A DNA stretch of 64,000 nucleotides from Phoronis australis (Eukaryota > Animalia > Phoronida): contig NMRA01000815.1 of NCBI GenBank assembly GCA_002633005.1, forward strand, positions 70,394 through 134,393, read 5' to 3'. Positions 41,521-53,935 of the stretch are shown here, one piece after another. Position numbers and translations under genes: made by a program. The stretch's first letter is position 1; every line of letters starts with the position of its first letter. The notes under the pieces were generated by a model, which saw only the letters and a list, made by a program, of their open reading frames with translations, ran no database searches and had not been told where the DNA came from.

Positions 41521-42159
41521 GGAGAAAGTGTGCTGCCAAAGTCACTGGTGATGAAACAGAAGATGAAGTTCATGATCTTAGAGCATGGTCGTTGAAGTCA
41601 ATTTGACATCAAAAATCCATAAGTTTGGAATTACTACTATATAATCTTTGATATGCATTCTAGTCACTAGCTGTTCCCAGTTGACGCAATAGTCACCATG
41701 GAAGTGTGCTGCATGATATTCTATATTACATCCCAACAAAAAGTGGAACATGCTACTCAACAGCGTATGTATTTGTGGCTTGGGTATTCCACCAAATTTA
41801 GGCTGGATTTTTGACGTGGAGCAATGTATCAATCAGACTTCTTGAACAGCACGACTCTCTGAACACAGCATCTGGATTTGTTAGCTCATTTTGTGAATTC
41901 ACAAAACATGGCTACTCATCTAAAAGCCATGGGTCCTGGTCTTGCATCCACTAAGAAAAAAGCTCATGGACTGCAAACACAGCTTGAGTACTTATAAACA
42001 CTTCTCATCCACCCTTCCATGTTTCTTAGTCACAGGAGTTTTTGAGCTGTGATTTTTGTGTGTGAACGCAATTCGCTGTGTAAGAGTTGTTCACGGGTGT
42101 TTGACCATTGCTGTTCAGGTGGACTGCCAATGGACTTGGTATTATGTAATATCGTATTG

Positions 42160-42562
42160 AATTTTGCTTCTGCTAATTATATTCATTTGAGCGTAATATA
42201 GTGACCTCATTGCTTATTATTTTTTCATATAGTTTCCAGCTGAACAAAGTGAACCAACAACACGTAAAATTAGGGCGATTGGTTGAAACCATGACAATCA
42301 GTTGATAAATTTTCAGATCGAGGATTTCAGCATAACTGACGAGAGTTCCGTTGTTGACAAATATCGCGCCAAGTCGACAGCCAAGCAGCGACATATTCCA
42401 ACGTTTTGTGTCAGGCTGAAAAGGCGGTGGTGGCTATGCTTCTGGTTCAGATGCTTCTGTTCAAAATCGACAACGCCGTTTCTACGTTTCTCGTTCTGTT
42501 TTTTGTTAAAGTCGAAGGCCATGAAATTGGTGTGGGGTACTACAACGGCGCAGAGAACACGC
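42160..42562 (+). pseudogene. Truncated duplicate of the promoter and start of exon 1 of the PAN-TLDc gene
   Basis: High-identity direct repeat of 43320-43721 (offset ~1159 bp), with ATG at 42436. Homology stops after GAGAACACGC. Confidence 0.8.
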
Positions 42563-42638
42563 CTTACTATTCATGTAGAATCAATAACACTTACTGTACA
42601 TGTAAGTGCAATGATCATTATTTTGACGTTAGATCTCT

Positions 42639-42642
<4 letters not shown>

Positions 42643-42711
<69 letters not shown>

Positions 42712-42765
42712 CGCTCGCGCGTGTGTGTGTGCGAGCGCTCGCGCGTGTGTGTGTATGCGTGGGTG
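42643..42765. repeat. (GT)n microsatellite with GCGAGCGCTCGCGC interruptions
   Basis: About 32 GT units directly visible. Confidence 0.95.
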
Positions 42766-43594
42766 TGAGAGAGTGAAAATCCTAATCCTTGTTCACCCTT
42801 TAAAAATTATAAGTGTATATTGTTGAAGAATAAGTTTATAATTCACATAAATAAATGTTGCACATTCCATCTATCAGAAAAAAATGATTAAACAAATGAG
42901 AAAGCATTTATCTGCAAAATTCGGATAGGTAGTCGAAGAAATAACTTCATTGCCTTTTTGTAAATGTGACAAAATCCTGAATTTCTACTGAAGTATTGTA
43001 TCAAACGGTACCAAAAGTTTAATTAATATATAAAGATATATTTTGGGTGAATGCCTGACTATATTACTGACAGGAACTTTGAGGGATCTATATTCAAAAA
43101 TATTTGTCTTGATAGGGTAGAAATCTTTTGAGTCATTGAAGTAATTTCCCTGCTGGTTTAATTAATCGTCTACATAACATCTCTGGTTTATTTCCTTTTT
43201 GATGTTACTATTACACCCTCTTAGTTTTTGAATTTTGGTAACACTCATGTTTTTACAATTAAAAAATAAACCTGTCAGGTATGCAAAATTATGATTGTTT
43301 ATGAATGAAACTGTGTATCGTTTGCTTCTTCAATTTATATTAATTTGAGCGTAATTTAGTGACTACATTGCTTATTAATTTTTCATATCGCTTCCGACTG
43401 AACAAAGTGAACCAACAGCACGTAAAATTAGGGCGATTGGTTGAAACAATGACAATCAGTAGATGAACTTTTCACATCGACGATTTCAGTAGAACTGACG
43501 TGAGTTCCGTTGTTGACAAACATCGCGCCAAGTCGACAGCCAAGCAGCTTCACAGTCCAACCTTTAGTGTCATGCTGAAAAGGCGGTAGTGGCA

Positions 43595-46500
43595 ATGCTT
43601 CCGGTTCAGGTGCTTTTGTTCAAAATCGACAACGCCGTTTCTGCGTTTCTCGTTCTGTTTTTTGTTAAAGTCGAAGGCCATGAAATTGGTGTGGGATACT
43701 ACAACGGCGTAGAGAACACGCGCGTAGAAGGCCCAAACACCACTGTTGTCCATTACCCTGTCTGCAGCTCATTCAAATGTGCTGCAGAATGTTCTCGCGA
43801 CGAATCGTGCGACGCCTTCGCGTTTAATGAGTGTGGTAACCTCTGTCACAAATACTGTATTGACGACTATTCTCCAGGATCGTTGGTGACTGCAAATGGT
43901 TGGAAGTACTATAAAAAAGAGTCGAACAACTTAGGTAGTTGTACAACGATGCCAGGTAAATAATTTTTTACAATAAGTAATATTTATTACAACTAGATGG
44001 AGCCATCTCTTTGCAGAGATCAACTTCAGATGGTGTTTTATGCGCAAACTTAGACCATGGGTTTAAAATGTATATTCAAAGTAGTGCGTTTGCAGAAAGA
44101 ATATTGTTAAACAATTTCTACTTAAGATGTGGCCACACAAGTCTCAAACAATAAATGTTTCATTTTCAGTTTCTTTGAATTTACTATTGAATAACAGTTT
44201 GAAGGTATACCAACTTCACGTGTTTCATATAACTCAACCACACTCAGTAAGTTTCATTCGGATGTAGATGTAGCTTCCAATGAAGGCGCACGATCTTTTA
44301 ATGGATGTACATGATTATTGAGCCCGTACAGCAAAACTGACATAACTGTTGACTTCAATCGCTGAATCACTAGTGTATAATTTAAACAACTATAACTCTT
44401 AAAGCACAAAATTGTCCATTTAAAGACACGCTTTCTTGACATTCGTCAGTTACCATGCCTATGACTGGACCAAAGCATTACGGGTACAGCAGCTTCTCTA
44501 GCGCCCTCAGTGGACCAGGAGCCCGTTCCAAGAAAACTGACATAACTAACTTCAAGACAAATCTTGAATTTCAGTCAATTTAAAGATAAACTTCAGTTTT
44601 TGCACCAGCCTTAGGGTTCTTGCGTTATTCAACAGGTCTCGCTAGTTTCACATTTATGTTCGAGACATTACTTACATGTAGTAAGAACGTTTCCTAGTAC
44701 AATGACATATGCTGAAAAGATTAGTCGTTGATTTTGGAAGACTAAAATTATTGCATAGGTTTCGTAAATGATGGGATAATATTCAGACTGCCTGTAACAT
44801 GAGCAAAGGGTTTTGCGCATGCGTATTTGTAATGCCTTAGGACCACGGAAGTTAGGTTAGTTCTAAAACAAACCTTAAATTACTGACTAATGGATTTCTA
44901 ATTTTGGACATTACGAACATTCTTTCATTATCCACTGTAATTGCTTTTGCGTTTCCCCACAAATATATAGATAACAATCAATCACTTTGGTTTCGAATTC
45001 TTGTTTTCATCGCCAACCCAATGAAGGACGTCGTAAAATAGCTGACTGTGCGGTGATGTTTCACTGAGCAATAACACTATCATTGGATTAGTTCTAGTTC
45101 CCTTTTAAAGTTAAATAAGTGCTGGTACTTCTTGAAATAACAGACTCAAATTCTCGAAGAAAGGCTTCGAGGGTTTGTCCCTATAGACTGGAAATCCGTG
45201 AACCTCTGATATATTTCATTTCAGTTTAAACAATTGTTTGCCGTAACAAAGCGCACCAGCCTGCTTTATTTTGCATCAGTGACAACGTAAACACCGTGAA
45301 GGTCTCAAGACTCAAGACTAAGCAGGCACATGTATTTTGGTAATTTTCTGTTGCATTGTGCTGAACTCACCAAAGCCATGCGACTAAATTGAAAACCGGA
45401 TACTGTTGACAGTTTCTTGTGGGGATGTCTAAGTGTCTTAATAATACAAGATGCATCAGTTTAAATGTAGTACCCGAAATATGCACGGTGTTCTGAAATT
45501 AACAAAAAAAGGCTCTAAAAGTTGAGAAGCCTCATGCTGGGAAGTAATGCTGCATTCTTCCTTCGAGAAATCCCAGTTTGTTTTGTACTTAGAAAACAGT
45601 TCTATTAATTGAAATTAACGTAAATGAAAGGTGCCCAATCGACTCTCATTGCACAATATTCCCCCAGCATCAAGAATAAAACGGTCACGAACAGCTTGGG
45701 TTGCAGCTCGAACGCAGACACCGAGGCTTTTTAACCAATTCACCAAAACAGAGAACAGCTAAAATAACAACATCAATATTCAGCAGTTGAAATAGAAGCG
45801 CTCGTGCTGTGATGCACGAGACGTGTGAGTAGTGTCAGTTGTGCCAAATCTGAAAACAGTTCATTTCGATTTCTCTACACACAGATGTGCCATTTTCCAC
45901 AACGTATTGGCCTTACAAAATAAAACTTGAGAACTGATGAAAAACAACGCGTGATTATAATTCAGAAGGTTTTATTAAACATTCTCGTTCCGCTTTTTTC
46001 AGTTAAAAACCTCATTGAAAGAAGTTTGTCCCCAAGCCAATTTCAATAAATCGCTTAACCAAAGGTGCAAGTCATTACAGAATCAAGTTACTTCATATAA
46101 CTAGAATATAATCAGCGGAGAATTAACAGAATTACTTTTTCATTTCCATTTCCCGCTGTACATCAACAAACAAGCCGCAAGAGTTGAATGGCAATGGACT
46201 TTACAGTAAAACACCTAAAAAGAACACGGAATAATGTAATTTATGAAATGTTCACCTTTTAATGATGTCCCTTAATTGATCAAACTCTTTTTTACCCTAA
46301 CCTCTGACAATTTAGGACACCTCCATGTGTATGCTGACCAGTTGATACATTGGCTTTGGAGCTCCTGTTACTCTCAAATGTATTGTTGTTTTTTCAGAAT
46401 CCAGGCTCTTGACCTCAGACCACGTAGCTCTGTTGTCTAAGTGGTTACCTGGTAAAGTATTTAGGCTCCTTTACCGGGCCACCAGAGAGGGTATGTCACC

Positions 46501-48766
46501 GTCAACGTTCCACGATAAATGTGACTTTAAAGGTGCCACCTTCTGTATCGGAAAATATTATGGATCTAATGACACAGTTGGTGGTTATACCTCCCTGTCC
46601 TGGGAGAGTTCCTCAAGTTACAGGAGCGACTCCACTGCCTTCATATTTCGGTTGTGTGTTCAAGGATGCCTGTCAGCAAGGTACAACCATATTATGACAA
46701 CCTATATGGAAGTGTTCGATACCGCAACGTATGGTCCAACTTTTGGCCTTGGTCACGACCTGTTATTCTTTTCCGGTAATGCCAGTTATGACAACACCAA
46801 CAAGTACTTCTTGTCTGACGGTTACTGCACCAAACTAACATACTCCGGTGCCCTCCACTGTGGATCAAGTGTTAAGTGGACAGACGTTGAGGTGTGGAAT
46901 GTCCTTGGTAAGACTTGCTCTTCATTTGGAACTGAATCACTCATTGAGACACTGTCTATCACGGGATGCGCATACACGTTCTCACTTATCTTTATTTGCA
47001 AAAAACGTGTTTTTGAAAGTTCTATGGTTGATAATTACCGTAGTTTCAATGTAAGATAATGTCATACACTCAAAAGTACGCATACGGAATACAAATGATT
47101 CAAACCGATGTTGTTGTTGCGTGATGTTTTTCAGTTATTCTCAGAAATGCGTAGGTTTTCCGCCAGCTATTTATAGGTTAATTTGTGATCGATTGGATAA
47201 AATATGTTACGGCATTGTTTAATGATATCACGTTCTTTTTCCGGTGAGCTCAATGACACATGCTGTTTCCCGTCATATATTTTACAAGTTACCAATTTGT
47301 CTGTGATATTCCGGAATGTCTACGAGGCAACAAACGTCCCATAATTCTAAGATGAAAAACAACAGCAGCGCTAAGTGTGAAATTCCTTAAATTGCAGCAC
47401 GCCGGAAGTACTGGGTAAAGACCAGAAGTACTGACAATAGTCACAAGTGAAAGCTTGTGAATTTACGTATTCCGCTTATTCGTGGTAGGAAATTTTGCTA
47501 AGACGTAGAACTCGTAAATAGCCTGAGAGAGCGTAGCCCTATTTATGTCACCGTATGTATGTAGGAGTCATGTATGACCGCGTGTAGTGAACGACTATTG
47601 AATTAAAACTGGCAGAAAACGAACCTCCTGTTATGTTTTGCTCACATATTTTAAATGCAATAATGGTAAATTATGTCAAGAGATCTGTATCTCATTATAT
47701 GAACAAAATAAAGATTCGTGGTTATTAAATGATCAATGGCGATGCCAGGTAAACATCTTGTACCAATTTGGCTTGTGCAAGTACATGTACGGCCAGAATA
47801 AAAGATTTCTATTGATCAATGCTAAATTCCACGTAGTGACGTCCAACGGCCTGTAGCGTTCGGGGGCACAAAACAGTGCTCACTGGGTTTTGCGCAGCAA
47901 AACATATTACTGGATTTGTCACCTCTTTTTCACTCTGTCGAAAACTGGGTGCAAAAAATGACATGTTTTAAGTCATTTCACATAAACAGCCCTTCAGATA
48001 AGCACAGAAATTTTATTGTGTCTCGTATTTTTGGATCTTTAAGTCCTACAGAAGTCAACATTAGATTCTGAATGAAAATTTACTACCAATTCTGAAATTA
48101 TGGTCCAAAAGTACAGTCAACCAACTAGTTTTTGGCAATTCTGGCTTGTTTGAGGGCGACCTGAAGTTGCAGTCAATGCAAAGTCTACCTAGAAAATGCC
48201 AATTTGTCCCTTTGTAAGGGAGACCTTGTGTTTGTAGTCCAGCTTCTCTGACAAGGGTTCTTTGTTCGTTTCCCGTAGATATAATTTTCAGACGCAACTT
48301 CCCCCAGTTCCAAGTGTATTTTCTTCTTAGGTGCGAAAAATATTACAACACCTGATGGGTGGTTTTATTGTGATTTTGTCGAATGCGTTCGATAAAGATC
48401 TTCGAAGAATATCACAGGAGAGATTACACATACATGTACTCTTTGCACCTGGTAACGATGGTAACGTACATTCAGTCTAGAAATCTATGAATGGTAAATG
48501 TAGATTGAGTGAAGGAAAATAAGATTGTCAGCAACCTTCACGACTACTCATTTGGCATCGGACATGTGTGTTTGCTTTGGCTTCTGTTGTCGGTGATGTA
48601 TCGGAACGATTTTTGTTACTACTAGAAAATATCCAAAACGTTAAAGGGATTCAGTAAAGTCACCTTGCTGTTCATAGGTTATTATGCGAGCCTGCAAATT
48701 GTAATAGTCATCGTAGATTACAGAACATGGTAATTTTAATCTCTCTCTGTTTCAGATATGTCCTGA
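43595..48766 (+). CDS. Putative secreted PAN/Apple-domain + TLDc-domain protein (~293 aa)
   Basis: Exon 43595-43955: hydrophobic leader (AVSAFLVLFFVKVEG|HE) and PAN pattern C-AAE-C-SRDES-C-DAFAFN...LC. The phase-1 donor CCAG|GTAAAT joins acceptor TTTTCAG|46398. Exon 46398-46907 is a full TLDc domain (LLYRATREG, FHDKCD.KGAT, GGYTSLSW, DSTAFIF, YGPTFG.GHDL, DVEVW). A tentative last exon 48756-48766 encodes DMS*. Confidence 0.7.
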
Positions 48767-49949
48767 CTCACTGGAAAAGACGGAACGCGCGCCCTGAACC
48801 AACCTAGCTCGTTTTAAGAACGAAATTTAAGCGAAGAAAATATGAATTGGACCTTTGTGTCTCAAATGTGTTGTCGTATGGATGTTGAAGAGCCAACCCG
48901 GGGTGAAAGTTAAGAGTAATAAAAACTGCGAAGATTAACGAATGACCGTCCATGAAAAGATTCCGCAACCAGCGAATTTTATTCATTCATTTACCGATTC
49001 TTTATTTCTAGACGGTAGTCTACTCAGGTTATGATAGCTTTCCTGCTGGCTTCTTTAAATGTAACCGAACAAATGCAAGCTGTGAAACGACTAAAAATAG
49101 AGGTACAATGGGTAAAAAACATCCGTACGTGTAGAAGGAACATCCTTTTTTGGCATACAAAATACGTTGTAGCAATTTGTGTTCGTTAGTGTCAGCAGGT
49201 GGGTACAATCAGCTCTACACGTGCCGTAAGCGTGTATTTAAAGCACATCAAATGCGATTTATATTGCGCTGAGATTCTGTCAAAGTCATTTTTGATAACG
49301 TTAATGTCAAACCAATTAGATCAAATTGTTTTTTGTTTTTGTCAGTGACATTATGATTTTTTAATATAGACGTGAAAAGCACCAGTGACTCATTTGCTTG
49401 TACATGTAGTTTTTCAGTCAAGAAGCAGTCTTACAAACCCAGCCGTGTCGCGACTTCACTTCCAAACTATAAAAATGAAACAAATCCTTAAAAAACACAA
49501 GGTTCTAGCATCCATAAAATATTTTCCACTCCACGCAGTAACCGACCTCCATGTAAGCCGTTCGAATGACCAAGTGTCCCACTGGGTGGTCTTGAATTTC
49601 GCATGGAAGGGCAGCTACAACTTTTGAAGAAAAATGTTCGCGCAACCTTAAAATGGCATGTCACCAAAGGCGTTTTTTGTCCGACATGTACCTGATTTCG
49701 TTGTAGCGCCGCCAGGATTATTCATTTAACAATGTACCCCCATTGAATACTAAAGCCACAATAATGACTAAAATTTATTGCGAATTTCAAATAAATTACT
49801 AATTCATGGACAACGCTTATTATTAATAAATGAACGGACGTAGCAATCTAACTAATGGATTGGGTGCATATCTTTGACATCGTTGGTTATATAATCAAAC
49901 AGTGCTTCTGATCAACTAATAATTTATCTTGTGGTCTCAACATGGTTCA

Positions 49950-50550
49950 TTTAGTTTCCTATACTACAGCTCATAAAGTAACATGGTTAAAAAGATTATA
50001 AATGGACAAAATAATTCGGCCTGGATAGATATTTTGCGGAATGCAAGTCAATTTTGCATTGAAAAGATATTCGATGGAGTGGTAAAGCAGTCCACAGGGA
50101 ATCACTTTTAGAAGGATGTGTTTTTTCAACATTTGAGTTTGGTTCAATATTAAACAAGGTTAAATATGACAGGATACTGTCTCTTCTTTTATGGCATAAC
50201 ACAATGGTTAAAATTCGAGGAAAACCAATATTTTATACCACTTGGAATGAAACGGGTGTAAGATTCTTAGGTGACTTACTTGACGAAAACGGAAACTTCT
50301 TGTCATACAACACTTTTGGTTTTGGTTTTAAAACATTTTACACTTAGTTACGAGCTGAAAAAAATTCTTAAAATTAACTTTGAAGAGTACATCGTTTTCA
50401 AGTGCAAAAGTGTATCAACCAGTTATCCCACAACTCTGGAAAATTTTGGTGAAAACTGCAAAAGCGGGACTCGTGATATATGTATTTTTCTGACAACTTT
50501 GTTTCAAAAACCAAAGGGATTAGAAAAATGGGAAAACACATTTGACTTTG
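49950..50550 (+). mobile_element. Tx1/L1-clade LINE ORF2 C-terminal fragment
   Basis: KVTWLKRL ... LLWHNTMVKIRGKPIFYTTWNETGVRFLGDLLDENGNFLSY ... KPKGLEKWE, interrupted by stops and frameshifts. Confidence 0.7.
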
Positions 50551-51535
50551 CAAGATAAGCTTACAATAAGAAAGCTGATAGTGACCCTGCAGGCTTTTGT
50601 TGCAAGCAGTGGACGATACATTTGTACTAGAAACTGCCGTCTGTCAAAGCGATTAGCGTACCTCTTTATCAATTTATCTTTGGCAACCAGTGGATAAATT
50701 ACACTCTAAGAGGATAAACGGGAATAATCGTTGCCTTTTCGATATATTAGTACGATTAAAAGGGATCCAACTGTTTGCAGTTTATATGAAGAATATGTAA
50801 TTATATTTATTGTGGAGGCTTAATCTACCGTGACGGGATTTAATACCAGTTGAACAGTACATGTTATTGGAACCCAGCATTTACAATATAGTAAGTACAA
50901 TACAAACACCGAGAGTACAATCATGTAAATCTTTGATACCAAACTTTGGCTGCCTGTACAAGTAGAGTAGCTCAGTGTCCATGCCGTAACTTTTGTGCTG
51001 ATTTATCCAACAACGATTGAAAGCAGAAGTTCGAAGAACTATTGAATGTTATAAAATACAGCTGGACTACACAAACATGTTCTACAGCTTTGTGTTTGTA
51101 AAGAAAATAACAAACAGGAAAGTTTTACCAAGATTTATATGATCAAATCATGTGGTAAGTAATGCTGCACTGTAGTAAATCAAGTTTAAAAAAGTATTTG
51201 TTAGCAACATCACAGGGTCTCAAAAGTGACTTAAAAGACTAATTCAGAAACTTGATCTGACGGTCCTCATAATAAAAGTAGTATTTTATAAAAACACTTA
51301 AATCCAACTTGAGCAAAAATCCAAAGGGTGTGAGAATATACACATAACTGTTGGTTACTGAGATGATCTCAAAAATCTGTTTTGTTGCGATGCCCGGATA
51401 TTTGGTGACACATGACATACATGTAAAATCTAAGAACGTTTATGTTAAAACCGATTATCGGTACTAGTAAAGACCGAAGACCAAATTCAGAAAATCAGCA
51501 TGTCAGTAACACTAAGTCTGTTTTTGGTGTTTTGT

Positions 51536-51567
51536 CTTATAACAAGGAGTTTACTCCTTGCTTGTAA
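51536..51567. mobile_element. 18-bp P-element-like footprint with 7-bp TSD
   Basis: CTTATAA-[CAAGGAGTTTACTCCTTG]-CTTGTAA. The ends match the CTCCTTG terminus at 55532. Confidence 0.55.
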
Positions 51568-52165
51568 TACTTAGAAAGGATGTATTTGGGTTAATCATAG
51601 ATTATTGACAACAGATTCGCAACTCCGGCATTTTCTTACGTGCTAGCCAAGAGGCACCCCCAGCCTCCTGACCTTTCTGGTACAGTTTCCGGTTAGTGTA
51701 TTTTGAAGAGAAATATTCGCATCTACATTATTTACTGTCCAGTACAACGAAAAAATATTAATTTCGGCATTGAAACGTTGTTCAAAGTCCTTCAATGGTA
51801 GAAGTGATGGTATCGTGAGCACTTTTGGCAATGTTGCAGGTAAGAAATTAGAAAATTCAAACTTCGGTGCCGACTAGTGATTAAGTCGTCTGCTTGCCCA
51901 ATAGCACAGCAGCATAGTTATCGGACAGTTTGTGATTTATGGTTCACATAGGCCTACTGAGAAAACTACGAAGCCATGTTTGTGCACACTGAGTTCCAAG
52001 GACTACCAGTGAATGCAAAAGACACATACATGTAACGTTTTTGGTTTAGAAAAATATCAATTTTGTTCGAATTTAAAAATGCACCTCTGCAACGATTTGA
52101 CTATTTTAACCTTTGCATGCTTATAATTCAACATACTCAAGTGAGCAGTTCTTCTGGGGAGTGTT

Positions 52166-52226
52166 GGGTGGCCCTTAAAAAGGCCGCTGGTTGTAGGTAT
52201 AGCGTGGAATGGTTCTTAAAAGAACA
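52166..52226 (-). other. Two histone-3'-stem-loop-like hairpins with no histone gene
   Basis: Minus strand: TGTTCTTTTAAGAACC (52226-52211) and GGCCTTTTTAAGGGCC-ACCCA (52185-52165). Confidence 0.55.
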
Positions 52227-53084
52227 GTTGAATAATTCAACATAAATCACACATTTTACCGTGCTCACTCGAGGACGGAAGGTCCTCTTCATTCAAGTTT
52301 CCATCTGGGAAGGTTGGATGAAAACAGAGGAGATGGCAATATCGATGACAGTTGTAACACCTTATATAAATGATACCGTTCTCCAACGTTATCACGGACC
52401 CTGCCTCTTTCAGTTCTTGTTCCTGGATTCAGAAGTAACCCTGAACTATAGGGAAAAAAGAAATACAACGAAAAGGAATCAAATTTTGAAAATCATCGCC
52501 TTCGTACGATTCCGTGTTGCTGTCCCCAGACTGAAGTTCTTCCCAACATCAATGTCAAAAATCGACGTTACTAGTGATGGAAACTTCTGTCCTTTGTTTC
52601 TAACTTTTAACCCATTTTTTAAGAAAGGGGTGTACTGATTTTGTCTAACGTTGATACAGCGTAACTTTTGTTTTTTACAATACATTAATTGTGTGGAATG
52701 CATTTATATTAGGTGGCTTCATTCATTTGAACAGAAAATAAATTAAATGTAACACAATGAAGTTTTGAAAATAAATAGAACAGTAACAGGACTCCCTACA
52801 TGTAAAAATCGAGCTGTTTTCGAAAATGTTGCGCCATTGGTGATCTGATTGGTGCACGCATTTACGGCGGGAAAAATAATAGACCAAGTATTGTGCACGT
52901 GTGCACTGTAGCAACACTTTGTATCTTATTCATATTTGGCCACTTTGTTGATACAGTAAATTTCCTTATTTATGCCCATCCTGATTTGACTGCAACTTGA
53001 GCTTGTTGGGTTCTATCATATGTTAGGTTCGCATTGGGACCCACATGATGCTTACTCGAATGGGCTTCATTTTACCAAGTACTT

Positions 53085-53935
53085 CAAATTGAGGTGAAAA
53101 CCCCAGACGTGACAATTATTAGGTTTCCTAAGGATCCAGAAAGGTAATGATTATTTGCTATTCATCTTGTATTTCGTGTCGTATGTTCACGGTTTCAAGA
53201 CAAGTAGGTCGCAGTCCCTGTGCCACTGTTGCGGGCTAGGCCTACTGCACAGCCAGTCTGCCGGCGGAAGGACTACGATTAACGATGTGATCGTCAGCTT
53301 TTTGGATACTTTGCAGTCCATGTATTCCAAATCAAAATGTCACCCGAACGATCGCACGGATAATTTTAGGAAAACATACCCATGGCCATGGGTGAATGAC
53401 TGGTGACATGGCCGCCATCACAGCCACAGGGCGGCCTCAAGACTGTCATGAGTCAAGTTAGAGAATATGTGGGTCTCGGTGAAATGATGAAGAAATCGAC
53501 ATAATTTTAATGTTTCAGTTGGCCCAAGTTGAACAGTGTGTCAATGAAAACTTAATTCTATGCCCCAATGATGCGGGGACGCGGCCCTTGAAATAGCCGT
53601 GGATCGACATTTGAGTCCTAGTTTTTTAGTTAACACCAATGCAGTGTTGTCTCTATCACAAGCACAGTAGTGTAGTGTAGTGTAGTGTAGTATAGGCTAC
53701 CAGTCTTCTACGAACCTAATGAGTATGAGGTTTGTTCCTGAGTCTCTCATTGACTTCTGTTCAGGTGCAAGCGCTGGGAGCTGACCTTATGAATAGAGAT
53801 GCAGCCTATTTGTCCAAGAACTGCAAGTTATGCTCTCGTCACTTCAAGGAGTCCATGTTCGTGAATTCTTTGAAGCACAAGCTGGTATCGAATGCAGTGC
53901 CAACAATATTTGATGTCCCGAATTCACTAAAAATG
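53085..53935 (+). pseudogene. Degenerate spliced THAP-domain gene fragment (P-element/THAP transposase N-terminus)
   Basis: ...PDVTIIRFPKDPER|gtaatg (donor ~53143) to acceptor ttcag (~53765), then RCKRW-(frameshift)-ADLMNRDAAYLSKNCKLCSRHFKESMF...LVSNAVPTIFDVP (THAP CxxHF and AVPTIF motifs). Confidence 0.75.

Noticed and set aside
42302-42826. 174-aa and 120-aa ORFs with (CV)n runs
   Set aside because: Length comes from the (GT)n microsatellite and the truncated exon-1 duplicate; no domain.
46908-52000. IFI44-like GTPase exons downstream of the TLDc exon
   Set aside because: No P-loop (GxxGxGKSS) exon was found by eye downstream. Only a short terminal exon and TE fragments were seen, though a distant exon cannot be excluded.
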